The notes beneath the pieces are model-generated. The model made no database searches, had not been told where the DNA came from, and was given only the letters and a program-made list of their open reading frames with translations. Source: the human T2T-CHM13v2.0 reference genome, Homo sapiens. Taken from it: DNA of 64,000 nucleotides. How positions within the stretch are numbered: the stretch's first letter is position 1; every line of letters begins with the position of its first letter. This document shows, in pieces, positions 26,340 through 40,592 of this stretch. The stretch lies in assembly GCF_009914755.1 (NCBI RefSeq), contig NC_060937.1; one strand, 5' to 3'. Both the position numbers and the translations under genes were made by a program.

Positions 26340-28200
26340 CTTTTCAGTAAATATTTGTTGGAACCCTATTAAGTGCCAAGCATTGAGTTAGGCTAAAAGA
26401 TGGGTACAAAGATAAAGAAGACATTGTCCCTGTCCTTGTCTAGTTGGAAGAGACAAAGAAGAGCGCATGTGGGTTAGGAGGCAGAGAGAAGGAAGATGTG
26501 CAGGAGATGAGGTGGGACCTGCAGAGGCTGGAACACAAAGGGCCTATTCTCACTGGCCAAGAGGCTTATACATCATCCAATGGCATGGAGAGCAACTGAA
26601 GGAAGTTGGGCAGAAGAGTAACGTCAGTTTTGTTTTAAAACTCTAGTTCCACATAGCAGCATGAAAGATGAATTAAATGAGATCAGAATGGAGGCAAGCA
26701 TTTTAGTTAGGGAGCTAAATTACACTAATCCAGGAGAACGATGATGAGGGCCTACATCAAGGTAGTGGATCGGGATAAAAAAGAGACTGAATGCAGAAAT
26801 ATCTCCTAGAGAAAATCAACAGATTTAGTGTTGAAGAGATTGAGGAAGCGATTGGAGAGGAAGAGGAAAGAATCAATGAAGATTCTCAAAGGTACGGCTC
26901 ACTGAGTTTACCTTGGCGTTTTAGAGGTAGCTGGTATTGAAGAAAAAAAGAGCACCTACAGGCTTTGACTGTGGACAATATTTGTTTCCCTTGACTCTAC
27001 CTCTTAGCAGCAATGAACAAGTCATGTTGATTTCTTAAACTTCAGATTCTTCATCTGTAAAACAATGATTATTTTTTCTTAGGATTTTTAAATGAGAATT
27101 CATAAGATTATATAAGAAAAGAGCTTGCTATTGCCCCTGTAACAAAACTGGAGTTACATCAGTCAAGGTTCAGTGCAGAAAACAGAAACCACACAAAGTC
27201 TACCAAGCAAAAAGGTGTTAAGTTCAGGGAACTAGATGCCTCTAAAATAATTGGAAGGACTGGAAAACAAATGTCAGGGTTGTTAAGCTTTTAATCACAC
27301 CACTGCAAGTATAATCCAGAGATCAGGAAACTGATTTGCTGCCACACAGGTGGAGAGGCTTCAGGAAACTACTGCCAATGTCACAGACATTCTGCAGCCC
27401 CAGAACTGTTGATCAGCAGTGAAACATGAAGCCCAGTCACCATAAAACTTATGTCTGCCAAGGGCCACGTGTTCACCACCACTTCTGCTGTCAGGAGAAT
27501 GTCTCTGCTTCCCTTCCACCTCTCAAACACAAGCAAGCGTATTTCTTTGATACAGCATAATTGCATCCAGAACTCTACTACATGTAACTAATTCCCAGGT
27601 TTCTGGCTCCTGCAGTATTGGGCAGAGCATAGAATATGGTGGAAATGGATGATTACCAACAAATAATACCCAGCTCAGGCCTTAAGAAATATAATTTTAG
27701 TTATAGTGCTCATCTGAACAGGAAGAAAGCAGGTTTAGGAGTGGAGATGGTGAATTCAGTTTGGGACATTTTGACTTTGAAGTGCCTCTGGGACATCCAG
27801 ACAGTTGTATATGGAAAAATAATTTAGAAGGTAGGTATATAAATAAAGATTTAGGAATTATCATCTCAGTAGTAGCTGAAATCATGCAATGCAAATGGCC
27901 CCCCACCCTCCCACCTCCTGGGAGAATTATAGATTGAGGAGACACTAATACCAAGCATAGGACCCCAACATAAAAGGGATGCAAAAGGGATAGAGGAGCT
28001 CACAAAGAAGTCAGAGAGAATTTTAAGAAGGAGGGTGTGGTCTCTAGAATGCCAACCAGAAGTCAAAGAACTAAAAACTTTCCACAGGGTATGTCAACTT
28101 GGATGTCATTGTTCACTTGGGTAGGTTCCATTTGAATAATAGTGGTAAAGTCAGATTTCAATGTCAGAAGGAGAGGAAGTCTTGATTGTGAAGGAAAGAG
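26340..28200 (-). mobile_element. Cluster of L2 fragments, with a MIR (~26930-27150) and an old LTR (~27155-27660) interspersed
   Basis: Antisense L2 3' end (ttcagtaaatatttgttg...) and L2 body motifs (tgaattcagtttgggacattttgactttgaagtgcct). Confidence 0.55.
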
Positions 28201-30797
28201 ATGGAACAGGGAGATAGTGTGATTTTTATAAAAAAAGAAAACTTCTACATCATGAGAAGAACTACTAAAATGATAATAATGTTCTTTTGCCTTACAACTA
28301 TCTTTAGTAGTTATGTTTCTGTGTTATGTATTCTAAAAATACTTCCTTAAGTCTGGGATGATGATCACCTAACATTGTAATGGCTATTCTGGGTAGTGTG
28401 ATTTTTAAGTCATTGTTTTTCTTTCTTCTTTTCACATTTTTCATAGCTTGAAGCAAGCATAATCGTTTAAACCAAAAGCAATCATCATTATCCCTAAACC
28501 GAAAATAAATTTTCTCCATACTGAGTGTGGGTTGGGACTTTAGGTCATTTTATACAAATGGTGTGCTGTTGACAATGTCTAGGACAAGTAAGCCCAGTTT
28601 CTAGTGGAGGTAGCAAACCTTTTCCTGGACTCAGGGTTTTTAAAGGTAATTATGAAATTGGAATGTTTAAAGAAAAATGTACATAATAAATAGGATGAAG
28701 GGGATTGGAAATTAACTCTTTAACTTCATTTCACATGGCTGGAAACTTATGTAAAGTATTAGCTTCACAATTTAAGATTCAGAATTTTGAGATAGAAGGA
28801 AATAAAAAGACCATAGTCCAGTGCCTAAAATTACAGATGGAAACTGAGGCCTAGAAAGGACCTGGCCAAGGCCACAGAGTAGGAGGAATGAAAAGTAGAA
28901 GTCTGAATCCTGAACCCCTAAGAGAGTCTCTGCCACCCTTAGGCCACATGGCTCACAAGTGAGGCAGAGAACTTGGAGAGCATCAGAAAAGGCTGAGGGC
29001 TGGACAACAGGGTGTGGAGTGAAAGGTCAGAAGATTTGGGATTGTTTGACTTGGAAAAGAGAAGACTGAAGGGATCTTAATAATTTCCCAAGACAAAAGG
29101 GAAACTATGTCTCCTAATAAAATGGATAATAAAAGTTTCTCTACCCTCTTGCCTAGGTTGTTCTTTCCAGGCAAAAAGTTGCTTTCCTTTTCCCTCCACC
29201 TACCCAAATGTAATCCCCCTTCAGTGTCATTAGACACATCCCAGATCTTCCTAAACCTCCTCAGATGAGTCCCCCTTGAACATGGAACTTCATCTTCTCA
29301 GGTCTCTCCCTTTAGCACTTAAGGCTGGAACCACAGAGACGAACACACACATTGTCACAATGCCTCATCGTTTCACTGTGGTGTGTCTTTCTTCTTCAGA
29401 GAGATCTATCTCAACGCTTCATTTGTAGCGCCCCTGACTTCTGTTATGGCCTAGCATAGGATTGACGTAAATAGCAGACACGCAATAAATACTTGTAGAA
29501 TTTACTTAAACCATGGCATAAAGATTTACGTTAAATACGAAACAAATTTTTCTAATGGTGAATATTATAGTTGTTAAGTAGGATGCAAAATCTCCTCTAA
29601 ACTTATTTAAAAATGGATATAATACCTATCTAGAAAATTTAAGGTGTGATATTGTCTGAAGATCCAAGGAAACAGGGATAAACACTAATTTATTTTTGAG
29701 TCTGAGCCTCTTGATTCTGTCATAATCTACATTTAATTAGAAAGTATGTATATCTCAAATACACTGCATTAAGAGGTCACTATGGAGGTTTCAGCTACAT
29801 CTAATGTTGATTCAAGCCATTGCAGAGTCAAACTGGCTAGCTGATGAGATATTTGTAATGATCTTTCACTGCATCTAAATAAAATAAAGAACTGAATGGT
29901 TGCCTTGATAATCACATGACTGAAATCTCATAGTTCTATCCTTATAATGAGAAACACATGCTAAAAACCATCGTATTACTTCAATGTCAAAAAATCTGAT
30001 GGATTATAGATGCATTCATTCTTTATGAATGGCTAATTTATCACCTCTAGCATTTACAAGATGTAATTTTTTCACAAATTTTTCTGTATGCCTTTTTCTA
30101 ATCTTCTTATTTCTATTCATGAATTTCCTAATTTACTGAAACAAGTGATACACTAGAGATAAGAGTATATCACTAAATAACTTTGGCAGATGAATAGAAG
30201 AAAATCACTCAGCAGAAAGCTCATGACTTGCTGCGTATTTTAAAATACCATCCTTAAGGACCTTTACTATTGTTTTATTTAAAACCATTGTACTCTCAGA
30301 CTCACAGGAGCTTTTCTTTCACTATAAAACATGTCTATGGACAGGGACTTGCTTTCTTATTAGCATGTAAGTTTCTAAATATAATAAATATGATATTGGG
30401 AATCATGAATTGCCTGCTACCCAGTAGAGCTCATTAAAATGTTGACTCTTGAGTCACCTTCTTGAGAGGCAGTCCTCTTTTAAAAAACTAATGTGAGCCA
30501 TGACTTGAGTTTGTGAAATTTGTAGCTTCTCCTTTTAGTAATGACTGTAACTTGCTTACGGATAAAGATGAGACTTGTGCCCTCTGGGATATTTCCATGT
30601 CTAATAATGTTTAAATATAATATAATTTTAGAATAAGAAGGGCTGTTAAATGTCATTTTATAAGTTTTATGAAAGGAAAGAATCAAAGTGTCTGTCACTT
30701 CAACAAACTTCAGGCTTCTATGTCACTTGAAAACAGTCATGCTCTCTGGCAGGCTTTCAGATATGGCCTTGTCTAGAACAGAGAGTTCTCCCAAGGC

Positions 30798-31644
30798 AGG
30801 GATAGAGTCACCGTGAAGGTAATGAAGGTGACTCTTCAGGGCCCCCCTCCGTTGCCCACTCACTGTGAGTGCTCTAAGCATTGGGTCATAGAGCGTCCCA
30901 AGAGGAGAGATGCTGGGTTCTCACCCGAAGCATTTCTATGTACTCGTCTCCACTGAGTTGCCTAAAGAGATCATTGAATTTTCAAGGCTTGCATAATTTG
31001 TTGTGATTTATTTTCTCATTTTAACTAAGATCATTGTGTAATTTTCTATCTTTTTTCATATAGAGCAGGAGTCCCCAATCTTTTTGGCACCAGGGACCTG
31101 TTTCTTGGAAGACATTTTTTCTGCAGACGGGGATGGGGTGGCGGTTGTTTGGGGGATGATTCAAGTGCATTGCATTTATTGTGCGCTTTATTTCTATTAT
31201 TATTACATTGTAATATATAATGAAACAATTATACAACTTGCTATAATGTGGAATCAGTGGGAGCCCTGAGCTTGTTTTCCTGCAACTAGACAGTCCCATT
31301 CTGGGGGGATGGGAGACAGTGACAGATCATCAGGCATTAGATTCTCATAAGCAGCGAGCAACTTAGATCCCTCGCATGCACATTTCACAATAAGGTTTGT
31401 GCTCCTAAGAGAATCTAATGCTGCTGCTGATCTGACAGGAGGCAGAGCTCAGGCAGTCATGTGAGTGATGGGGAGCAGCTGTAAGTAGAGATGAAGCTTT
31501 GCTCGCTCACCTACTGCTGTGTGGCCCAGTTCCTGCTGTGTGGCCCAGTTCCTGGTCCATGGCCCAGGGGTTTGGGGCCCTTGATATCGAGGAATCTCAA
31601 AATCATATAAATTTCAGGCCCTACAAAACCTAGATCTGCCACTG
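30798..31644 (+). mobile_element. Arthur1-like hAT-Tip100 element, interrupted by MER1A
   Basis: Ends cagggatagagtcaccgtgaaggtaatgaag...cttcagggcccc and tttcaggccctacaaaacctagatctgccactg. Confidence 0.65.
31066..31583 (+). mobile_element. MER1A (hAT-Charlie3 derivative)
   Basis: CAGGAGTCCCCAATCTTTTTGGCACCAGGGACC start, ~520 bp, 8-bp TSD ATATAGAG/ATATCGAG. Confidence 0.9.
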
Positions 31645-32819
31645 CCCAACAGCAAGAAGGGTTCCTTTCCAAGGAAAATCTGTTTCAAAGAATCTTTTCA
31701 ATTGAGAAGTTCTGAGTTTCATTAGCTTCACAAAAGCCCCTCGGTGTAATTTGTGTATTTGTGGGCAAACGATCTGCATAAATCGTCATTTGGATATTAG
31801 GGGTTAATGAAGCGAACACTAAGCTTTAGAGGCAAATGAGGGCCGGAATTTAGACGCAGCATCATGGACCCTCATAACGACAGGTGGATCATTGCAACAA
31901 AAATGGCCAAACAGATGTGAATTCCAGTTTCATTACTTGGCAGTCTCCTCCTACCAAGTCGGCATGAGGTTTTGAAGCATCAAGTAAAAGTCAGGGCAAA
32001 AGGCATGATCTACCCCCAAATCTCTCAGCAAAAGCTGTGTTCAGCATCTCTGAGAAAATTTGGCAGCCAGCGCACAGCATGATGAATAACATGGCACAAA
32101 GATTCAAACTAGTTTGAGAAAAAAAATCAAAGGATTGCAGGGACCTCTGAACATCAGGTCTCCTACTGACTCTATTCTGTTGAGTTAATGTTTCACAACT
32201 TTAACGTAGACCTGGTTCTGATTCACTGAAACTTGTAAAACAAACAAACAAACAAAAACCTTGGAAGGGGGGGCAATTAGAACAAAAGCATTTCTTTCAC
32301 TTTTAATTGCATGACTTATTAACATGCCCTGTACTGTAGAAAATTTACCAACTTTAATAACAAGGGCACAGCAGTACACCAATGTTGTTAAATTGGAGTA
32401 TGTTGTTCTTAAAAATTATTTTAAAGTAAGTTCTATCATCTGCATGAATTATATTTAAATACTTTAAGTAAATCTTTTTATAAAGTTATCTACATAACTT
32501 AATAAGTCAGGAGACAATCTCTTCTTGAAAAAGAAGGAAACCCAGCTACATGCTACAAGATAGATGAACCTGGAGGACATTATGGCAAGTGAAATTAGCC
32601 AGTCCCAGGAGGACAAATACTACTCCATTATTCCACTTACATAAGGTTTCAAAAGTAGTCAAACTCATAGAAACAAAGAATAGAATCTTAGTTGCCAGGG
32701 ACTCCAGGAAGGGAAATAGAAAGAGTTGCTCATAAGACATATAAAATTTCAGTCACACAAGATGATTACGTTCTAGAGACTAGCTGTCTCACATTGTACT
32801 TATAGCTAATGATACTGTA

Positions 32820-33449
<630 letters not shown>

Positions 33450-33499
33450 TTATGCTAAGAGGGCAGATCTCATCCTAAATGTTCTTACCACAGTAAAGC

Positions 33500-33598
33500 A
33501 AAATAAAATAAAATAAAATAAAGTAAAATAAAATAAAATAAAATAAAGAAGGAGCAGAAGAGGAGGAGAAGGAGGAGGAGGAGGGGTAGGAGGAGTTG
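33500..33598 (+). repeat. (TAAAA)n followed by a (GGA)n-rich simple repeat
   Basis: Directly visible. Confidence 0.9.
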
Positions 33599-33783
33599 GC
33601 AATGGCAATCTCTTCCAATAAAAAGAGTACAATTAATTGCTCAGCCTGATGAATAGAAGCATTGGTGGTTAGTGGAGGGCAGGTAGAGGCTGGAGGGTGA
33701 TGAAGACAAAGATCAGTGTTAAAGCTCGTGAGAGACTAATTGACTTTCTCAGGAGAAATTGGCTATGAGCCAATACCTTAGGA

Positions 33784-34890
33784 CAGTGGTGCTCCAAGTA
33801 TGGGCCATGAATCTCTGCAGGTCCCTGAGACAATATCAGGTTATTCAAACTCAAAAGTATTTTCTTAATAATGCTAAGACATTATTTGCCTTTTTCATTG
33901 TGTTGACATTTGAATTGACAGGGCAAAAAAATGGTAGGGAAAACCCTTGGTGGTTCAGCACATTTCAAAGCAGAGGTCCCCAAATATACTAGTGACCAGC
34001 ATCCTAGTACAATGAATATTGCACTTCACTGCCACTCACTTGCAGAGGGGGAAAAGCCAGAGAAGAGTTGCACTTTAGAATGTCCTTGATGAAGCAATAT
34101 AAATGATTGATTTTGTAAACTATCAGCTCTTGCATATACATCTTTTTAATATTTTGTTTGGCAAAACTGGAACTATGCAAAAAAGCACTTCTACCTCAAA
34201 CTCAAGTATGGTGGTTATCTCAAGGAAAAGCGCTTGTAAGATTGAGTTGTGAGCTGAACCAGCCATTTTATTCAGAGAATAACACTTTTCCTTGAATCAA
34301 TGAAGAACCATCTTTATTTAGACTAGGGGATTTGGCAGACATTTTTTCCACAATGAACCAAGTGAGACTGACTATCACTTCAAGGAAAACAACTGACAGT
34401 ACTTGCTGCCAATGATAAAATTCAAGCCTTCAAGTGAAAATTCAAATTTTAGAAAAATTGTATCTGCCCCTGTAAGCTTGATAGCTATCCAATACTCAAA
34501 AATTTTCTGATGAAATTAGTAGTAGCATTATTATTAACAAATATAATATTTTGTATTATATAATGAAATATGCCAACATTTAGAACATCTACACAATTCA
34601 GTAACTCAATATTCCAAGTGACCAATACATGATGTTGTGAAATCAGACATGGGTGAAACATCCATTCAAAGTACAAGACAGGCTAACAAATTTTAACGTA
34701 ACTGAATTTGAAAAGTTCATTGATACGGTTTCAGATTTCACAATGCAACTCACCTTTTAAAAACCACCATTTGGTATAGTTCCTAAAAAATACCCACACT
34801 TTTCTGAAAAGGCTATTAAGATACTCCCCTTTCCAACAGTGTGAGGCTGGTATTTCTTAATATATGTCAATCAAAACAACATGTCACAGA
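33784..34890. mobile_element. Charlie1-type hAT DNA transposon fragment
   Basis: cagtggtgctccaagta start; Charlie1-like internal motifs (tttggcagacattttt...ggaaaacaactgacagta...gccaatgataaaattcaagc). Confidence 0.75.
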
Positions 34891-34894
34891 AGAT

Positions 34895-35140
34895 TGGTGG
34901 CTTTAAAATATGCCCACAGATTCTTTGATAGTCCTCAAAAGGTAGAACCCAATTTCTTGACTTTGAGTGCAGGCCAAAATTAATGACTCACGTCCAGTGA
35001 ATAGAATGTGGTAGAAGTGACCATGTGTGACTTAAAAATAGGTCATAAAAGGCACTGTGACTTTCTTCTTGTACTCCCTCTCTTGGAGAGCTCTGGAGAA
35101 AACCAGCTGCCATGTTATGGGAGAGAGTTGAGAACCATAG
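34895..35140 (+). mobile_element. MLT1E/F-type LTR fragment
   Basis: tggtggctttaaaatatgcccacagattctttgata...ccagctgccatgtt. Confidence 0.65.
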
Positions 35141-35283
35141 CCTAAAGAGAAAGGTCAAAGGAGCAGGCCAAACGTCTGGATTCTGACAATGTGAGGTAAA
35201 GCTTCCCTTTTAGGTACCATCAAGATTCAACTACTGTCCAACCAACATCAGGCTTCTCAGGGGTCGTGGATGATGTATTACAT

Positions 35284-35494
35284 CAGGAGTTGGCTAAATC
35301 TGGCCCACCATCTGCTTTTGTAAATAAAGTTTTATTGGAACAAAGCCAGGTCCATCTGCTTACATATTGTTTATGGCTGCTTTTGACTATAATAGCAGTG
35401 TTGAAGAATTGTCACAGAAATTATATGGCATATGACTTCCAAAGCCTGAAGTGTATACTATCTGGCCATTTACAGATGAAGTTTGCTTACCCCT
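35284..35494. mobile_element. MER58A
   Basis: caggagttggc...tttgtaaataaagttttattggaaca...gtttgcttacccctg. Confidence 0.85.
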
Positions 35495-36500
35495 GTATTA
35501 CATCAATGGTCTTCAATTTGCACTGTTTCTATTCATTTTTCTCAATAAAATTCCAAGGGATGACTTTTTTGTAGGGAGAAGACACTTTCCTTTTACTCCC
35601 TCTTATTTTCCCCCAATCAACACCATGTATAGGTAATCAGTGCCAGAAAGGCAGCTGGATAATATTTCGAGATATTAATTTAAATGGTTTTCCTTCCATT
35701 TTACCTCTTTACTCTTCTCCTTCTAGCAGGCATAAGCTCACGGCCTTGAGAGAGAAGTAATAAGGAGTATTGCAGAGGTACTTACAGGATTCTGTGTGCT
35801 AAATGCCTACCTACTTAGAGAAGAAACTTTCATAACCACTTGGAGAGGGAGAGAGGGAAAGGGAGTCATTATCCAATCCTACACCTCTGCCTAGAGTAGA
35901 GTAATTATCTCATAACCTGTAGAGAGAGCTCTGTGCACAGAGCTGAACATAGTATCATAGACAAAGAGCAAATGTGCCCCAAGCACAGAAATGAAATAGC
36001 CCAAGAACCAGACCTGAAGGTGAGCAAGCAGAGATAATGGACATGTGGTGGGCATCCTATTAGGTTAAGTCATGAAGACCAGGTGGGCATTCTTAGCACT
36101 ATGTAAGACGTAGAAATCGTGTACAATCTCCAAGAAGTGGTGAAGAAGAGGGAAGAGAATCCCTAGAAAGACTAAAGTCAATTGATTGAAAGAGGACTCA
36201 GAGTCAGAAACTAAGTAGAATTATAAAAAATAAGAAAATTATTTTCTGCTTATTCCAGTTTGCAGTCTGAGATGTTGTTCATTATACAAGCATCACTGGC
36301 CAGCTGAAGGCATTCATTCACTTCTTTATCCATTCAGTGAATAATTATTGAGCATCTACTACATGCCAGGCACTAGAGATATAGACATGCTCCCTGTTCT
36401 CATGAAGTTTATAGCTGATATAGATAAGACAGTTTAAACAAATACAATATGAAGATCTAATCATGGTAAGTACTATTCTAAAACATACCTGAATATGTGT

Positions 36501-36502
<2 letters not shown>

Positions 36503-36531
<29 letters not shown>
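36503..36531 (+). repeat. (CA)n microsatellite
   Basis: Directly visible. Confidence 0.95.
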
Positions 36532-37103
36532 ACTAGAGAGCTAACCAAGTTCTGAAGCTAGAAATTGTCCCAGGAATAGTCCCTGACAGCTGCCAGTTTC
36601 ACTCTATGCAGAGACAAAGCAGGCTTTGGGTCTGTTGGAAGTGAAGAATCACAACTGAAACTCTAGTCATAAAGCTACACACCCAGTGAAAGGGCAGATG
36701 AGTAAAATTCTACCTGTGGCAAAAGGGAGACTGCAAGGAAATGTGTCTGTTTCCACTATGTCTCTGGGTGGGGAAAAGAAGAATCCCCCTCCTGAAAACT
36801 CCTAATTACAAAATTGCCCTTGCAGGTTTGGGGTAGGGACCTACACAATCAGTTATAGTGCAGGAAACAATAATCTAAAAAGTCAGTTTAGACTGACCCT
36901 AATCTGGAAGAAATAAAATTAAGTCCTCTCTGGAGGAATGAACTCTCAACCAAATCCTTTAGATTTCCCTAAAAGGAAATAAGCCTCTATGAGTAAAATT
37001 CAGCATGAATGAGAAACAGTTAAATTAGACCCTCAAGTAATTTAAATATTGAAATTATCTCATAAATGTGGAAAATAAGTATGTTTACAATGCTTACAGA
37101 TTG

Positions 37104-38036
37104 ATATATGATGCAGCAATTCCATTTCTTGGCATATATCCAAAAGACTTGAAAGCTGAGACTTGAACAGGTATTTGTACACCCATGTTCATAGCAGCAT
37201 TAACCACAACAGTCAAAACATGGAAGCAAACTGAGAGTCTACCAACAGACGAATGGATAAGCAAAACGTGTTATACACACACAGTGGAATATTATTCACC
37301 CTCAAAAAGAAAGGAAATTCTCACACATGCCATAACATGATGAACCTTGAGAACATTGCGCTAAGTGAAAGTAGGCAGTCACAAAAAGACAAATATTGTG
37401 TGATTCCATTTATATGAGGTAGTTAGAGTAGTCAAAATTACTCAGAAAATAGAATCATTGTGGCCAAAAGCCAAGGATGAGGGGGGAATGGAGCATTATT
37501 GTTTAATGTTTTCTGTTTGTAAAATTTAAAAAGTGGTAGACAGATGGTGGTGATGGTCGCACAACAATGTGAATATATTTATTTTTAAAATTATTTTATT
37601 TTTGACACAACATTGTACATATTTATGGGGTAAAATGTGATGTTTTGACACATGTATGCATCGTGTAATGATCATATCAGGGTAATTAGCATATCCATCA
37701 CCTCAAACATTTATCGTTTCTTTGTAGTGGGAACATCCAATATTCTCTCTTCCAGCTATTTTGAGATATATAATACCTTACTGTTAACTATAGTTACCCT
37801 GCTGTGTAATTGAATACCAGAACTCATTCTTCCTTTCTAATTGTAACTTTGTACCCACAACAATGTGGAAGAACTTGAAGGACCTTATGTTAAGTGAAAT
37901 AAGCCAGACACAGAAAGTACTGCAAGTTCTCACTCACATGTGGAATCAGAATGTATTTAATACCACTGAACTGTACATTTAAAAATGGTTTAGGTGGTAG
38001 ATGTTATGTTATGTGTATTTTAACACTAAAAATAAG
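37104..38036 (+). mobile_element. L1MB 3' end; its tail resumes after the L1PA at ~39554-39575
   Basis: atatgatgcagcaattcc...tttgtacacccatgttcatagcagca; TSD aatg(c/t)ttacagattga at ~37089 and ~39574. Confidence 0.8.
37582..37948 (-). mobile_element. L1MA 3' end with 5' inversion (twin priming)
   Basis: Antisense 3' end at 37582-37857, then a sense upstream segment at 37858-37948; TSD gaat(a/g)tattta. Confidence 0.75.
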
Positions 38037-39553
38037 TTTTTTTATTATTATACTTTAAGTTCTGGGGTACATGTGCACAATGTGCAGGTTTGTTACATAG
38101 GTATACATGTGCCGTGTTGGTTTGCTGCCTCCATCAACTAGTCATTTACATTAGGTTTTTCTCCTAATGCTATCCCTCCCCAAGTCCCCCACACCCCAAC
38201 AGGCCCCGGTATGTGATGTTCCCCTCCCTGTGTCCATGTGTTCTTGTTGTTCAACTCCCACTTATGAGTGAGAACATGCAGTGTTTGGTTTTCTCTTCTT
38301 GTTTTACTTTGCTGAGAATGATGGTTTCCAGTTTCACCCATGTCCCTGCAAAGGACATGAACTCATCCTTTTTATGGCTGCATAGTATTCCATGGTGTAT
38401 ACATGCCACATTTTCTTTATCCAGTCTATCATTGATGGGCATTTGGGTTGGTTCAAACACTTTACTATTGTGAACAGTGCTGTAATAAACATACGTGTGC
38501 AAGTGTCTTTATAGAATGATTTATAATCCTTTAGGTATATACCCAGTAATGCGATTGCTGGATCAAATGATATTTCTAGTTCTAGATCCTTGAGGAATCA
38601 CCACACTGTCTTCTACAATGGTTGAACTTATTTACACTCCCACCAACCATGTAAAAGCGTTCCTATTTCTCCACATCCTCTCCAGCATCTGTTGTTTCCT
38701 GACTTTTTAATGATCGCCATTCTAACTGGTGTGAGATGGTATCTCATTGTGGTTTTGATTTGCATTTCTCTAATGACCCGTGATGATGAATATTTTTTCA
38801 TAAGTTTGTTGGCTACATAAATTTCTTCTTTTGAGAAGTGTCTGTTCATATCCTTTGCCCACTTTTTGATGGGGTTGTTTTTTTCTTGTAAATTTGTTTA
38901 AGTTCTTGTTTAATATCCAGCAGAGTCTGGATATTAGCCTTTTGTCAGATGGATAGATTGCAAAAATTTTCTCCCAATCTGTAGGTTGCCTGGTCACTCT
39001 GATGATAGTTTCTTTTGCTGTGCAGAAGCTCTTTAGTTTAATTAGATCCCATTTGTCAATTTTGGCTTTTGTTGCCATTGCTTTTGGTGTTTTAGTCATG
39101 AAGTCTTTGCTCATGCCAATGTCCTGAATGGTATTCCCTAGGTTTTCTTCTAGGGTTTCTATGGTTTTATGTCTTACATTTAAGTCTTTAATCCATCTTG
39201 AGTTAATTTTAGTATAAGGTGTAAGGAAGGGATCCAGTTTCAGCTTTCTGCATATGGTTAGCCAGTTTTCCCAGCACCATTTATTAAATAGGGAATCCTT
39301 TCCCCATTGCTTGTTTTTCTCAAGTTTGTCAAAGATCAGATGGTTGTAGATGTGTGGTGTTAGTTCTGAGGCCTCTGCCCTGTTTCTTTGGTCTATATAT
39401 CTGTTTTGGTACCAGTACCATGCCGTTTTGGTTACTGTAGCCTTGTAGTACAGTTTGAAGTCAGGCAGCATGATGCCTCCAGCTTTGTTCTTTTTGCTTA
39501 GGATTGTCTTAGCTATGCTGGCTCTTTTTTGGCTCCATATGAAATTTAAAGTA
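38037..39553 (-). mobile_element. 5'-truncated L1PA (ORF2 C-terminus and 3'UTR)
   Basis: ORFs 38770-39471 and 38628-38849 match the L1 ORF2p C-terminus ([19 protein letters not shown]...; [13 protein letters not shown]) but are frameshifted. TSD aaaaataagttt. Confidence 0.96.
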
Positions 39554-40012
39554 ATTAAAAAATAAGTTTAAAAAATGTTTACAGATTGAAAAAGAGAACA
39601 GAAAATATTTGCAAGGAACTGAGATCATCAAAAATGACTAAGCAGATTTAAAGAAGAAAAAATAGAATTTCTGTAAATGAACAAAAGAATGTGTGAAAAT
39701 AAAAACTCAGTGGACAAGTTCAACATAGTATTAGATACAGCTCAAGAGAGAATATGAACTGAAAGACAAATCTGAAGACATAATCCAGAATTATTTCTGA
39801 ATAAGAAAGACTCAGAAATGTGCAAAACACCAAAAAAATAAAATAAAATAAAGACATTGAAAACATCCAAAGAAGAAAAGCAAAGTCATCTAAATGGCAA
39901 TTAGATTCACAACGGCATTCTCAATAACCTCAATTAAAGGTATCAAACAGCAGAATAACATCTGCAAAATGCTGACAAAAGTAAGTGTCAACCTAGGATT
40001 ATATGCCTGGCT

Positions 40013-40016
<4 letters not shown>

Positions 40017-40054
<38 letters not shown>
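40017..40054 (+). repeat. (CA)n microsatellite
   Basis: Directly visible. Confidence 0.95.
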
Positions 40055-40055
<1 letters not shown>

Positions 40056-40147
40056 GGTGGAAAAAATAAAACATTTAGAAAACAGAAAATTAAAAGTCTA
40101 CCACTAATTGATCCTCATCAAAGACACTTCTAAAAGTTGTGCTTTAT

Positions 40148-40592
40148 TATATTAGTTTCCTAGGGCTGCAGTAACAAAGTACCACAAACCAAGGTGGCTT
40201 GAAACAACAGACATTTATTCTCTCACACTTCAGAGAATTTAAGTCCAAAATCAAGGTGTTGGCAGGGCCATGCTGTCTCTGAAGTCTTTGGGGAGAGTCT
40301 GTTCCATGCCTCAGCTTCTGGTGTTGCCAGCAATCCTTGGCATTCCTTGCCTCACAGGTATATCACTCCAACCTCTGCCTTCACCATTGCATGGCATTCC
40401 TCCTGTCTCTTTCTCTGTGTTTCTTCTTATAGGATACCAGTCATATTGGATTAAAGGCTCACCCTACTCCACATGACCTAGTCTTAACTAATTGAATCTG
40501 CAAGAACCCTTTTTCCACATAAGGTCACATTCTGAGATACTAGGGTTTGAACCTTCAATACATCTTTTTGGCAGATGCAATTCAACCCATAA
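40148..40592 (-). mobile_element. MLT1C-like MaLR LTR
   Basis: tattagtttcctagggctgcagtaacaaagtaccacaaac...caattcaacccata. Confidence 0.85.

Noticed and set aside
38628-39471. L1 ORF2-like ORFs as a gene
   Set aside because: Frameshifted remnant of a 5'-truncated L1PA.
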